A stretch of DNA of 64,000 nt from NCBI GenBank assembly GCA_964547875.1, contig CAZJPE010000002.1:42130-106129 (forward strand), read 5' to 3'. This DNA is from Candidatus Woesearchaeota archaeon (GTDB taxonomy: Archaea > Nanobdellota > Nanobdellia > Pacearchaeales > GW2011-AR1). The notes under the pieces were generated by a model. That model had not been told where the DNA came from. It searched no databases and was given only the letters and a program-made list of their open reading frames with translations. Position 1 is the stretch's first letter. Each line of letters begins with the position of its first letter. A program made the translations under genes and the position numbers. Shown piece by piece: positions 8,651 to 19,172 of this stretch.

Positions 8651-10530
8651 TTTTTAAGTTGAAAGATAACATATAATGGGCTTAAAAATGCAAGGATTAA
8701 CGCAAGGAGAACAATCCAATGCGCAATTTTGTCCAATGATTTATCTAAGAAATTATGCGTTTCGTAATAATCAAATTGCTTTTCTTTTTGCTTATAGCCT
8801 ATATCATATAAAAACCAATTTTTCGGCTGGTTTGCAAAGGCTAATATAGAATCTTTTATTTGTATCTTTGTGCGATATACATTGATAATATCTTCTCTAT
8901 TGTCTTGGGTAAATAACGGATAATATGATTTTCTTTCTATTGGCTCGCTTATTGTTTTTACTAATTCGCCATTTTGTTTAATTTGATCCGTAAGCAATTC
9001 CATAGTTGCATTAAATTCTGGCTGATTTTTTATTGTTCCCCAGCCGCAATCATCTGGGACGCATTCAATAAAATATATGTCTAATTGCATTATAGTCCCT
9101 TGTATTTGATCCTGTGAATTAATAAATTGCACAAATTCTATCCCCTCTAGATAATTTCTACCTTGTGAGAACCAATTTATTCTTCCACGATATATCCTAC
9201 TATCTGCTACTATCAGCGCATTTTCAGGTATATTTGAATCTTTGAATTCAATCAATTGTGCTATGTGGCTTTTGCCATAAGTGTGATAGCTATTTGGGGC
9301 ATAGATATTTCTGATAGTAGGAAGGCCTAATAATATTAGAGACATTATCAATATTAATATTAAAATAATCTTTGTCATATCTTTATTTAAAGAATCTGAT
9401 AATTTAGTTATCATGGTTTTGAGCGAGAATGCTGCTATTGGTATCAGAGAGAGCTCTAAGAAAATATAATGCTTGGGGAGAAGGATAATTGATGCTAGAA
9501 AAGGCAATGCAAAGATTATGCTGACTAAGAAGAACATTAAATAATTAAGATGCTCCTTTCTTTTAAACAAAATAATTATAATCCCTAGAATTCCAAAATA
9601 AAAGACAATTGGGTCATATAGCCTAATAAATAATATGGCTGACAAAAGACTAGGTTCTTTTGAAGCTGAATTTGAAGAATTGCCGAAGAGCAGGCCTTTC
9701 CAATCATTTTTTGCATTAAATTGATGATCCCATGAATAATATTGTGCCGAAGTATTTTTTCCCAAGCCTAAAGTCCTTGAGAATTGCAAGTCCATAAATC
9801 CTTTATCTTTATACAGCAAGTAATTGTGTGTTAGTGCAGGAATTGCAAATATGAATACGCACAACAGAAAAATAGATAATTTCTTTATGTTTTGTTTTGT
9901 TATAATCTGTTTTTTCTCTTTTCTATTGTAATACGCAAAGTAAATTACAAGCGACGGGATGAACAGCAGAGGGTAGACTTTTGTATAAATTGCCAATCCG
10001 AGAAATATTCCGCTAATTGCGAAATTTATTGATTTATTATTTTTTAACGCCCTTATAAAAAGAAAGAAAGACATCAATGCAAAGAACATAGCCATAACAT
10101 CCATTTCTGCGAGAGTATTTTGAATATGAAATGGAGCTACTGCAAGGAGAAAGGCTGAGATTAATGATATTTTCTCGTTGAAGAATTCCTTTGCTAAAAG
10201 ATAGATTACTAAAATAGTCAGCGAGCCGAATAACAAGGCAGCGAATCTTGATGACAGCTGAGTGAATCCTAAAAATTTGTAAATTATGCTTGTAAATGCG
10301 TGCCATAAACCTGACGACTGATCGTATGTTATAAGCCTGTCTGCTGAGAAGAAGTTTATTGCGTGCGTGACATGGTGCATATCGTCTGCAGAGACTGTAA
10401 GATTAATTGCGGCAATTAATCTTAAAATAACGCCTAAAATAAAAATTAAGACTAAAAAAATAGAGGTTTTTTTCATTGAGAAAATTTTATCTATTATTTT
10501 TGAGATTACATCAGCTTTCTTATTTTCCAT
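8647..10530 (-). CDS. GT-C fold membrane glycosyltransferase (ArnT/PMT-like, GT39/GT83-type)
   Basis: 627 aa with about 12 TM helices. The acidic DD motif in the first loop (VSADDMHH) is typical of polyprenyl-phosphate-sugar dependent GT-C enzymes. The 4-bp overlap with the downstream GT2 suggests an operon. Confidence 0.6.
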   Translation of the reverse strand: MENKKADVISKIIDKIFSMKKTSIFLVLIFILGVILRLIAAINLTVSADDMHHVTHAINFFSADRLITYDQSSGLWHAFTSIIYKFLGFTQLSSRFAALLFGSLTILVIYLLAKEFFNEKISLISAFLLAVAPFHIQNTLAEMDVMAMFFALMSFFLFIRALKNNKSINFAISGIFLGLAIYTKVYPLLFIPSLVIYFAYYNRKEKKQIITKQNIKKLSIFLLCVFIFAIPALTHNYLLYKDKGFMDLQFSRTLGLGKNTSAQYYSWDHQFNAKNDWKGLLFGNSSNSASKEPSLLSAILFIRLYDPIVFYFGILGIIIILFKRKEHLNYLMFFLVSIIFALPFLASIILLPKHYIFLELSLIPIAAFSLKTMITKLSDSLNKDMTKIILILILIMSLILLGLPTIRNIYAPNSYHTYGKSHIAQLIEFKDSNIPENALIVADSRIYRGRINWFSQGRNYLEGIEFVQFINSQDQIQGTIMQLDIYFIECVPDDCGWGTIKNQPEFNATMELLTDQIKQNGELVKTISEPIERKSYYPLFTQDNREDIINVYRTKIQIKDSILAFANQPKNWFLYDIGYKQKEKQFDYYETHNFLDKSLDKIAHWIVLLALILAFLSPLYVIFQLKK

Positions 10531-10603
10531 AAAATTATCCGTATTAATTATATATAAATCCTATTGTAGATATTTTTAAAAAAAGACTTTATTTGAGAAA
10601 TTA

Positions 10604-11377
10604 ATGGAAAGGGTATCTATAATTATGCCTGCTTATAATGAAGAAAGGCGCATAGGAAAAACACTTGAGATATATTCTGGATATTTTGAGGGATTAAGAA
10701 GGAGAAAAAAACTTGATTATGAGATAATAGTTGTTATAAATAATACTAGAGACAAGACTGAAGAAATTGTAAAAAAATTTAGGAAAGAAAACAAGAGAAT
10801 AAGGCATCTTAATTTTGAAAGGGGCGGCAAGGGATTTGCTGTAATTGAAGGATTTAAAAATGCCTTAAAAAGAGACAGCAGCTTAATTGGCTTTGTTGAT
10901 GCAGACATGGCAACTTCGCCAGAAGAATATTATAAATTAATTCAATCAATAGGCGAGGCTGACGGAGCTATTGCGAGCAGGTATATGAGGGGGGCATTAA
11001 TTGAGCCAAAACCAACAATGCAAAGGCTTCTTGCCAAAAGAGCATTTAATGTTTTGTCTAGGGCTTTGCTTTTATTGCCTTTCAAGGATACACAGTGCGG
11101 AGCAAAAATATTTAAGAGAGATGCCTTAAAAAAAATACTTGATAATATAAGCCTCTCTCAATGGGCTTTTGATGTAGATTTGCTTTATTCTATTAAGAAG
11201 GCTGGCTTTAAAATAAAGGAAATCCCGACAAGATGGTTTGATAAAGAATACTCAAAAATAAATTTCTGGAGAGCAGGGCCTTTTATGGTATTGGGCGTTC
11301 TTAGACTAAGATTATATCACTCTCCATTGAGAAGCCTTATAAAGATTTATGACAAAATCTTGGGATTTACAGGATGA
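10604..11377 (+). CDS. GT2 glycosyltransferase (polyprenyl-phosphate mannose/glucose synthase-like)
   Basis: 257 aa. VSIIMPAYNEERRIGKTL, FVDADMATSPEEY (DxD) and a C-terminal amphipathic region. Confidence 0.8.
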   Translation: MERVSIIMPAYNEERRIGKTLEIYSGYFEGLRRRKKLDYEIIVVINNTRDKTEEIVKKFRKENKRIRHLNFERGGKGFAVIEGFKNALKRDSSLIGFVDADMATSPEEYYKLIQSIGEADGAIASRYMRGALIEPKPTMQRLLAKRAFNVLSRALLLLPFKDTQCGAKIFKRDALKKILDNISLSQWAFDVDLLYSIKKAGFKIKEIPTRWFDKEYSKINFWRAGPFMVLGVLRLRLYHSPLRSLIKIYDKILGFTG

Positions 11378-11904
11378 GAAAACTAAACTTTGGATGCGGA
11401 GATGACATTAAATCCTCTAATGATAATGAGAAGTGGGTTAATGCAGACGTTGTAAAACTTCCCAGAGTTGATGTAGTTCATGACTTTAATAAATTTCCCT
11501 ATCCATTTAAAAATAATGAATTTGATGAGGTGTATACTTCTCATGTTCTTGAGCATCTAGATGATTTAACAAAAGTCATGAAAGAGCTTAAAAGAATATG
11601 CAAAAAGAATGCAAAGATTATAATAAGAGTCCCTCATTTTTCATGCGGCGTCAGTTATAGAGACCCAACCCATAAAAGACTATTTAGCTATTTTACTTTT
11701 GATTATTTTACAGACGAATGTTTTTATGGACTGCCAAAATTTAAAATTAAAAGCAGAAGATTGAATTTTACAAGATGGGCTTTTCCATTTTTAAACAAGA
11801 TATTCAATCCTTTTATTAATATTAATCAGGCAATTTATGAAAGATTCTTTTGCTGGGTTCTGCCGTGTTCAGAGGTTTTATTTGAATTAGAGGTAATAAA
11901 ATGA
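11374..11904 (+). CDS. Class I SAM-dependent methyltransferase (Methyltransf_11/23-like)
   Basis: 176 aa. LNFGCGDD (motif I) and the acidic FDEVYTSHVLEHL motif. Confidence 0.7.
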   Translation: MRKLNFGCGDDIKSSNDNEKWVNADVVKLPRVDVVHDFNKFPYPFKNNEFDEVYTSHVLEHLDDLTKVMKELKRICKKNAKIIIRVPHFSCGVSYRDPTHKRLFSYFTFDYFTDECFYGLPKFKIKSRRLNFTRWAFPFLNKIFNPFININQAIYERFFCWVLPCSEVLFELEVIK

Positions 11905-12800
11905 ATCTTATTAGCGTAATTATCCCTTTAGCTCCAGATAGAGATTTGGAGATTTTAGACAGCTATAAAAAGCACAAGAATAAAATAAAACTGATAATAG
12001 AAAGGGGGACAAATCCTTCGGAAAATAGGAATAGAGGAATAAAAAAAACCAAGACTGAGCTTGTGGCTTTTTTGAATGCACATACTCTGCTGACTGATGA
12101 CTGGGCAGAAAAAGTTAATGAATTTTTCAAGAAACATAGAGATATAGATATAGTTGGAGGGCCAATGCTTACTAAAGAAGATGATCCATTATTTGAAAGG
12201 GCTAGCGGATACGTTTTAAGCTCTATTTTTGGCGCTGGAGAGGTAAGGACTCGGTATAAAATGAGAAATTTGAACCTAAAGGCAAATGAGAAGCATTTAA
12301 CATCTGCTAATTTAATCTGTAGAAAGAAAGTTTTTAAAAAAATATGGTTTGATGAAACACTCTGGCCTGGAGAAGATCCTAAGTTTATAAGCGACGCCTT
12401 ACAATCAGGGTTTAAAGTTGCTTATTCGCCAGAAATTTATGTTTATCAAAAAAGAAGAGCTAATTTTAAAGAGTTATTCAAACAGATATTCAATTATGGC
12501 TTTACAAGAACGAGAAAAGAGAAATTTAAAGAGACACTAAAAAAGCCACTTTTTCTTGCACCGAGTATTTTCATTGTTTATCTTGCGCTCTTGCCTACAT
12601 TGACTTTATTTCATTATTTTTTATTTTTCCCACTTATTTTGTATATTCTACTAAATATTCTTTTTAGTTTTCTTGAAAGCATTAAAAACAAGAATGCTAA
12701 GTCATTAATATTAACTCCTTTTTTATTTTTTATAGTTCATTTAGCTTATGGAACAGGTTTTATATATGGGACAATAACTAAAATTAGCTCAAACAAATAA
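11901..12800 (+). CDS. GT2-like glycosyltransferase with C-terminal TM helices
   Basis: 299 aa. ISVIIPLAPDRD, NRNRGIKK and LTDDW motifs, plus two C-terminal TM segments. Confidence 0.55.
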   Translation: MNLISVIIPLAPDRDLEILDSYKKHKNKIKLIIERGTNPSENRNRGIKKTKTELVAFLNAHTLLTDDWAEKVNEFFKKHRDIDIVGGPMLTKEDDPLFERASGYVLSSIFGAGEVRTRYKMRNLNLKANEKHLTSANLICRKKVFKKIWFDETLWPGEDPKFISDALQSGFKVAYSPEIYVYQKRRANFKELFKQIFNYGFTRTRKEKFKETLKKPLFLAPSIFIVYLALLPTLTLFHYFLFFPLILYILLNILFSFLESIKNKNAKSLILTPFLFFIVHLAYGTGFIYGTITKISSNK

Positions 12801-12849
12801 TATAGTTTATGATACAATAATTTTTAAATCAGAAAATTATAAGATTAAA

Positions 12850-13812
12850 ATGAAAAGCGTGTCTATCATAATCCCGACATATAATGAGGAGAGGAATATT
12901 GCTAATTGCTTAAAGTCAATTTTTGCTCAAGATTATCCAAGAAAGTTATTGCAAGTAATTATAGTTGACGGCGGTTCAAATGACTCCACTGTTGAAATTT
13001 CTAAATCTCTTGGCGCTGAAATCTTGCATAATAAATTTAAGGTTGAGGAGAGAGGAAAGCCGTATGCTATTAAAACAAGAGCAAGTGGAGAAATAATCGG
13101 CCTGCTTGACGCCGATAATATTATACCGGATGATAGTAATTGGCTAAAAAAAATGATTGAGCCATTTAAAGACAAGGAAATCTTTGCGAGCGATACTCTT
13201 TATTATAATTTTAGGAAAGGCGATAATCTAATAACAAAGTATAATGCTTTAATAGGAGGTGATGACCCAATTGCTTCTTATTTTGGCATTAATGACAGAT
13301 ATTGTTATTTCACAGGAAAATGGACAGGAATGCCTCATTTAGCAAAAGATAAAGGGGATTACATAGAAGTTATTTTTAGGAAAGATAAGATTCCTGCATC
13401 TGGCTCAAATGGCTTCTTTTTTAGAAAGAGCATTTTTAACAAGGTGAAAAATGACCCATTTATACACCCTTTATTTATTTACGATGTTGTTAACAAGGGA
13501 TATAAGAAAATGGCCAAAGTAAAGCAAGGATTGATTCATGTTCAGAATGGAAGCGTAAAAACCTTTTTTAAAAAGAAATTAAGAAGAATTAAAAGGAGAT
13601 ATATTGGAGAAGTAGACTGGAGATATAACTATGACATTGGAAAGAATGATATTACAAAGACTGCATTATATCTGGCAAGCATTATTCTCCCATTAAAGGA
13701 CATGGCTGTGGGATTTTACAGAAAGCCTGAATTTGTTTGGCTATTTCATCCTGTAGCCACTTTTGGTCTATTTTTTATTTACGCTTTTTATGCTATAAAG
13801 GGATTAAAATAA
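12850..13812 (+). CDS. GT2 glycosyltransferase (AglD/Dpm1-like with C-terminal TM)
   Basis: 320 aa. VSIIIPTYNEERNI, IIVDGGSNDSTVEI and LLDADNI (DxD). Confidence 0.8.
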   Translation: MKSVSIIIPTYNEERNIANCLKSIFAQDYPRKLLQVIIVDGGSNDSTVEISKSLGAEILHNKFKVEERGKPYAIKTRASGEIIGLLDADNIIPDDSNWLKKMIEPFKDKEIFASDTLYYNFRKGDNLITKYNALIGGDDPIASYFGINDRYCYFTGKWTGMPHLAKDKGDYIEVIFRKDKIPASGSNGFFFRKSIFNKVKNDPFIHPLFIYDVVNKGYKKMAKVKQGLIHVQNGSVKTFFKKKLRRIKRRYIGEVDWRYNYDIGKNDITKTALYLASIILPLKDMAVGFYRKPEFVWLFHPVATFGLFFIYAFYAIKGLK

Positions 13813-13882
13813 TAAAGATGAAGATTGTTTTTAATTAGCATAAACCTTAAAAGGGCAGGGGATATGAAGGAAGGGAACTAAA

Positions 13883-14368
13883 ATGGAAGAAAAGATAGAA
13901 GAAAGAAAGATAGATGGCGTAAAATTGATTCATTTAGTAACAAGAGTAGATGACAGGGGTGATTTGGTTGAAAATTGGAGAAAGAGCTGGAATTTATTGC
14001 CTTGTGATGTAAACCAGGTTTATGTAGTGCATGATGCAAGAAGGGATATTATAAGGGCCTATCACAAGCATGATAAATTATGGGATTTATTTTCAATAAT
14101 TAATGGAAGTGCAAAATTTTGCTTAGGAGACGACAGAGAAGAGAGCCCTAGTTATAAAATTACTGATGAAGTAATATTAGGAGTAAGAAAGCCTGGATTG
14201 CTAATTGTTCCTCCAGGAGTATATCATGGATGGATGTCTTTGGAAGATAATACTATATTGCTAAGTATTGCAAGCCATGAATATAATAGAGATAAACCAG
14301 ACGAGTATAGAATACCTTATGATAGTTTTGATAGTTTGGGAGAACGGTGGAATATAAAGCCAAGATAA
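13883..14368 (+). CDS. RmlC-like cupin (WxcM/FdtA-type sugar 3,4-ketoisomerase or epimerase)
   Basis: 161 aa single cupin barrel. GDLVENWRK...YHKHDKLWDLFSIINGSAKF...PPGVYHGWMSLED resembles the dTDP-sugar isomerase/epimerase cupins. Confidence 0.5.
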   Translation: MEEKIEERKIDGVKLIHLVTRVDDRGDLVENWRKSWNLLPCDVNQVYVVHDARRDIIRAYHKHDKLWDLFSIINGSAKFCLGDDREESPSYKITDEVILGVRKPGLLIVPPGVYHGWMSLEDNTILLSIASHEYNRDKPDEYRIPYDSFDSLGERWNIKPR

Positions 14369-14444
14369 ATAAGTTATTAATAAATTATAATAATTCTGAA
14401 AAGAGATTATGAAATATTAATCGTAATAGCACAATATTAGATTT

Positions 14445-15317
14445 TTAAATTCTGGAGAGCTCGTATCTTTTCTTCATTTCTTTTAATGAATCCCGAAGTG
14501 TAGGACATTCATAATTTAGATAATTTCTTATCTTTGAAGAATCTGTCGCGCTATTCAGCGGTCTTTTTGCTATTTGGCCTAGTTCTGATGTCTGAACGCC
14601 TACAAATAAATCTTTATCTAGATTGAAAATATCTGCTATCATTAAACTGAATTCTAGCCTATTTATTGATTCCTTGCCTGTTGCTACAAAAAGACCCCTA
14701 CCATCTTTTTCTATAATGCCTTTGACGTAATCTGCCAATACATTTATTGCTGTGGGATTACTTATCTGATCATAAGGCACTTTTCTTTTTTCCCTTGTAT
14801 TAAGAATTTGCATTAGGAAATTTACATCTCCGGGAAGATAATCAAATATTACTGTTGAGCGCAATATTGCATGATTTAACACATTTTCCTTAACTATTTT
14901 CTCTGCTTGGAGCTTTAATTCGCCATAATAATTTAATGGCTTTGTTTCAGAATATTCATTGTAATTATTTGTTTCTCCTGGGTAGACATAATCGGTAGAG
15001 ATATAGATTAATTTTTTTTCTCTTTCTCTTGCCCATTGTGCTATATTTCTAATGCCTGAAACATGGAGACTAAAAGCCTCTTCTCTATTTTTTTCATAGT
15101 AGTCAACACTTTTTCGCAATTTAACAGAATCAATTATTACATCAGGGTTTATATTGCCTAATGCCTGTTCTAAATCTCTTTTATTTCTTATATCGCATAT
15201 ATTTGTTGTGCAATCATGAGGATTTAAAGATATGCCTGATAGTTCGTATTTTTCATTGAATCTATTAAAAAGACAGCTTCCTACAAAACCTGAAGAACCT
15301 AATATTGCGAGTTTCAT
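14445..15317 (-). CDS. rmlD: dTDP-4-dehydrorhamnose reductase-like (RmlD family SDR)
   Basis: 290 aa. N-terminal GSSGFVGS Rossmann motif, the size, and tight linkage to rmlC. Confidence 0.7.
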   Translation of the reverse strand: MKLAILGSSGFVGSCLFNRFNEKYELSGISLNPHDCTTNICDIRNKRDLEQALGNINPDVIIDSVKLRKSVDYYEKNREEAFSLHVSGIRNIAQWAREREKKLIYISTDYVYPGETNNYNEYSETKPLNYYGELKLQAEKIVKENVLNHAILRSTVIFDYLPGDVNFLMQILNTREKRKVPYDQISNPTAINVLADYVKGIIEKDGRGLFVATGKESINRLEFSLMIADIFNLDKDLFVGVQTSELGQIAKRPLNSATDSSKIRNYLNYECPTLRDSLKEMKKRYELSRI

Positions 15318-15474
15318 ATTAATTTAGGGATTTTTTATTAATATAAAAAGATTATTATGCTTAAATAGGCAGTATATCGAGAGCCTTAAAAGTTGGCTTA
15401 AGATAATAATTCCTTATGAGAGATATATTTTTAATTGCAATAAAGTTTAAATGCGATACTAATTGGCTTTTATT

Positions 15475-16050
15475 ATGGCATTTAGAATAGAAAACGAGAT
15501 TTTAAATGGGATAAAGGTATTTGTCCCTGACGTACTTGAAGACAAGAGAGGTTTTTTTATGGAAACATATAGAAAAGATAAATTCAATGAAATTGGCATA
15601 GATGAAGAATTTGTCCAGGAAAATCATTCTTTTTCAAGAAAGGGCGTTATAAGAGGGCTGCATTTTCAATTTAATCCTCCAGTTAGCAAATTAATAAGAG
15701 CAGTCAATGGAGAAGCATATTTAGTAGCTGTTGACATAAGAAAAAACTCTGATACATTGGGAAAGTGGCATGGTGATTTCATATCTGGAGAAAATAAACG
15801 ACAGATATGGGTGCCTGAAGGATTCGCATCTGGCTTTTGTGCATTAAGAGATTATACAGAAATTCTATATAAATATAATGCTCTTTATAATCCGGAAGGC
15901 GAATCTAATATTATCTGGGACGATGCTGAAATTGGAATAAAATGGCCTAGCTATATGGCGGAACCTATTTTGTCAGATAAAGACAAAAAAGCACAGACAC
16001 TTTCTGAATGGCTGAAAAGGGAGGAATCTAATTATTTTAGATTGAGATAA
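15475..16050 (+). CDS. rmlC: dTDP-4-dehydrorhamnose 3,5-epimerase
   Basis: FVPDVLEDKRGFFMETYRK...RGLHFQ...YLVAVDIR are canonical RmlC motifs. The ORF track begins at a TTG at 15463; the ATG at 15475 is the more likely start. Confidence 0.85.
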   Translation: MAFRIENEILNGIKVFVPDVLEDKRGFFMETYRKDKFNEIGIDEEFVQENHSFSRKGVIRGLHFQFNPPVSKLIRAVNGEAYLVAVDIRKNSDTLGKWHGDFISGENKRQIWVPEGFASGFCALRDYTEILYKYNALYNPEGESNIIWDDAEIGIKWPSYMAEPILSDKDKKAQTLSEWLKREESNYFRLR

Positions 16051-16051
16051 A

Positions 16052-17101
16052 ATGAAAGTTTTAGTTACTGGGGGAGCAGGATATCTTGGAAGCGTGCTTG
16101 TATATCAATTAATAAATAAAGGACTTTCTGTCAGGGTATTTGACAAATTCTATTTTGGTAAGGAATCGCTAAAACCCTATCTTGGAAGAATTGAAATTAT
16201 GCAAGGAGACATAAGGAATTTTCATGAAGCACTTGACGATGTTAAGGTAGTGATACACTTAGGAGGATTGTCTAATGATCCTACTGCTGAATTCAGGCCA
16301 AGGGAAAACATGGAAATAAATACTAAAGCAACAATAGAGTTAGCTAAGGCGTGCTTAGAAAAAAAGATTAATAAATTTATATTTGGCTCTACTGCATCAA
16401 TTTACGATAAAGGGTTAATGAGCGCTAATATTATACAAGACGAAAATAGTTTAGTAGAACCTTTGGCTGCTTATTCTGTATCAAAATTTGAGGCGGAGAA
16501 AGCCTTGCTTGAACTTATGAAAGAGAACGATAATTTCTGCCCTGTAATCTTAAGAAAAGGAACATTGTATGGATATAGCCCTAGAATGAGATACGACTTA
16601 GTCGTCAATACTCTCGTTAAAGATGCTTTTACAAAAGGAAGATTAAAAGCTTTCTGCGGAGGCAATCAATGGAGGCCTTTGGTTGATGTGCTTGATGCTG
16701 CGCGAGCTTATATGGTTTGCCTTGAGGCTGACGAAAATAAAGTCAAAGGGGAGATATTCAATGTTGCCTATGGGAATTTTCAGATTATGGATGTAGCTCA
16801 TAGAATTAAAGAGGCATTAAAAAATATACGGCCTGTTGAAGTAGACATCGATTATACGCCTGGAAAAATAGATAGAAGCTATAGCATCTCCAACGAGAAA
16901 TTAGAAGACAGATTAAAATTTAGATATAAAGTAACTATAGAAGATTCTGCACGGAATATGGCTGGAAAAATTAAAGATTTCCTAGATAAGGGCGGAAATG
17001 TTAGTGAATTGGAAAATAATATTTACTACAACATAAGATGGATGCAACATCTTGCTGATATGGAGAGCAAGATTAAAGAGATGGGCGGGAGTGTTTTTTA
17101 A
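16052..17101 (+). CDS. NAD-dependent nucleotide-sugar epimerase/dehydratase (extended SDR)
   Basis: 349 aa. VLVTGGAGYLGS Rossmann motif and YSVSK (YxxxK) catalytic pair. Confidence 0.8.
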   Translation: MKVLVTGGAGYLGSVLVYQLINKGLSVRVFDKFYFGKESLKPYLGRIEIMQGDIRNFHEALDDVKVVIHLGGLSNDPTAEFRPRENMEINTKATIELAKACLEKKINKFIFGSTASIYDKGLMSANIIQDENSLVEPLAAYSVSKFEAEKALLELMKENDNFCPVILRKGTLYGYSPRMRYDLVVNTLVKDAFTKGRLKAFCGGNQWRPLVDVLDAARAYMVCLEADENKVKGEIFNVAYGNFQIMDVAHRIKEALKNIRPVEVDIDYTPGKIDRSYSISNEKLEDRLKFRYKVTIEDSARNMAGKIKDFLDKGGNVSELENNIYYNIRWMQHLADMESKIKEMGGSVF

Positions 17102-17474
17102 TTCTATATTCTAATGATATCAAGTATAATGTTGAGGCAAAGACAATTCCGAATGAATTAAGCAATATATCAGAAAGGGAGCTTACTCTTCCTGGAACAA
17201 AATGCTGATGAATCTCATCAGAGATGCCGTATAATATCGATAGTATGATTGCGATTAAGATGAAATTTTTGTATTTTCCCCTTATTAATGATATTGACAA
17301 AAAGAAAGCCAGGAAAAAGAATATAATTAGATGATATGCAATTGCTTTGAAACCTATTCCTCCGGAGCCTATACCTGATTCAAATGTTTGAGAAGACATG
17401 TAAAAGATTATTCCTGCTATAAGGATTGTGATTAACAAAGACAGCCTATTATGTTTTTCAAACCAGCTTATCAT
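17073..17474 (-). CDS. VanZ-family membrane protein
   Basis: 133 aa with 4 TM helices. DEIHQHFVPGR...D...NSFG is the VanZ signature. Confidence 0.75.
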   Translation of the reverse strand: MISWFEKHNRLSLLITILIAGIIFYMSSQTFESGIGSGGIGFKAIAYHLIIFFFLAFFLSISLIRGKYKNFILIAIILSILYGISDEIHQHFVPGRVSSLSDILLNSFGIVFASTLYLISLEYRIKKHSRPSL

Positions 17475-19140
17475 CTTGCCTCTTTATTTCGTAAATAAAT
17501 ACATCTTGCTTTATATTTATTAGGTTAAAAGTTATGTCTTCAAAGTTTTTTGATTGTTTAATATCTTGCTGCTTATTAACAAAATCTATTTTTGTGTCCA
17601 TAAATGGGATTTCCCATGCTGCAACTTGGCCATTATTGGCATAGACTCTTGTCATCCAGTCAGGATGTCCTGGTTGTGAAAACGATATTAAAAGATATTT
17701 TGTTTCTGGAGCATTGCTAACTGCTGATAAAAAGTTTTCTAAAGGAACAGTATCCCCGGATTCCGTCCATTGTGCAATTTTATCCGGCTGGACAACATTT
17801 CTTTCTGCATAATAAATCACTTGCGGGACAGCTACACTAACAATTAAATCATTTTCATTTGATATTTCCCTAAGATAAAGACTTGCCTGCTTAATTCCAT
17901 CAAATGATGTTATTTTATTTTTTATTGAGGAATCAGCAATTTTTAATTCATAATAGCCTCCAATTCCCAATAGTGCAACTAGAATAATAAGGGCAACATA
18001 TTTATTATAAGGCTTAATTAAATCGGTTAAAAATATAGAGGCGCGGGATATAGAGATGAATGCTGCGAGAGCAAGCGGGAAGAACCATCTTGGCTCGCCA
18101 AATACATCCGGCGTTCTTATAATAAGAATAAAAAATGCCAATGTGACAATAATTGCAATAAGATTAAATAAATCTGATCTTGCCATGCTATTTCTGGTTT
18201 TTTTAATATAATCAAAAGATAAGAATATATTGGAAATAATTAATAGAAGACCTATCCAAAATAGATAAAGAAGTATGCTTAATATAGAACTTGAAGAGGA
18301 GAAATATGCTGGAAATACGCCTAATGGGAGAAGATTGATTTTATTTTCAGGATGAAAATAGGTTCCTGAAACCCCGCCTATTTGAGAGATAAAGATAAAT
18401 TTTTCTGCAAGAAAAAATAAAAATACAAGAAGGGCAAGCGATATCCAGTTATATTTATCTTTGATTAAGTCAGTCCATTTGCGAGTTGCAAGCATGTGAA
18501 CAAGAAAAAATATTCCAAATAAGAAATAACCTCGCCTTATTGTATATGTCAGTATCACAAATATTATTGTAATTGGTATTGCCCATTTTGCGTCTATCTT
18601 GCCGAATATCTTATCCTTGTTTTCATAGCCCTGCCAGAAAACATAAATCGAGAGAAGACCTAAAAAAAGCCCCAGAACGTCTATATGAAATCTCATTGTC
18701 TCGAAAAGATGATCCCAAAATATCGCCATTAAAAATGCAGAGATTAGTGCAACTCTTTTGTCTTTGCACATTGCGTTGCAAATAAGATAAACTAAAAGAA
18801 CGCTAAAAATTGAAGGCATTATCTGAAGAAAGAACTTTGCAATTGCCTCGCTCATTCCAAATTTAAAAAATATTGCTGCCATATATGGATATAACGAACT
18901 GTGCTGTGTTGTTATAATCCAATTAGCGGGAAATCCTGCTAAATTTTTAGCATATGCAAGATAATCAGACTCGTCCCACCACAAAGGCTGAGTTTTTGTA
19001 AGATTAAAGTAATAAAGCCTTATTATAAATGCGAATATTAAAATTAGTATAAAAATTAGATTATGCGGATTCTTTAGCCAGTTTTTTATCTTATCTTTTC
19101 TTTTTTCAGCCTCTAAAGGAGCATTGTTCTCCATTGTCAA
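17458..19140 (-). CDS. GT-C fold membrane glycosyltransferase (ArnT/PMT-like), paralog 2
   Basis: 560 aa polytopic protein. First-loop acidic motif LWWDESDY. Architecture matches the genes at 8647..10530 and 25109..26668. Confidence 0.55.
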   Translation of the reverse strand: MTMENNAPLEAEKRKDKIKNWLKNPHNLIFILILIFAFIIRLYYFNLTKTQPLWWDESDYLAYAKNLAGFPANWIITTQHSSLYPYMAAIFFKFGMSEAIAKFFLQIMPSIFSVLLVYLICNAMCKDKRVALISAFLMAIFWDHLFETMRFHIDVLGLFLGLLSIYVFWQGYENKDKIFGKIDAKWAIPITIIFVILTYTIRRGYFLFGIFFLVHMLATRKWTDLIKDKYNWISLALLVFLFFLAEKFIFISQIGGVSGTYFHPENKINLLPLGVFPAYFSSSSSILSILLYLFWIGLLLIISNIFLSFDYIKKTRNSMARSDLFNLIAIIVTLAFFILIIRTPDVFGEPRWFFPLALAAFISISRASIFLTDLIKPYNKYVALIILVALLGIGGYYELKIADSSIKNKITSFDGIKQASLYLREISNENDLIVSVAVPQVIYYAERNVVQPDKIAQWTESGDTVPLENFLSAVSNAPETKYLLISFSQPGHPDWMTRVYANNGQVAAWEIPFMDTKIDFVNKQQDIKQSKNFEDITFNLINIKQDVFIYEIKRQDDKLV

Positions 19141-19172
19141 TCACAGAGAAGATAGTTTTTATTTGTTGTTAT

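Noticed and set aside
15463-15474. The ORF-track start of rmlC at a TTG codon (MAFIMAF...).
   Set aside because: The in-frame ATG at 15475 gives the canonical RmlC N-terminus, so the TTG extension is probably a track artefact.
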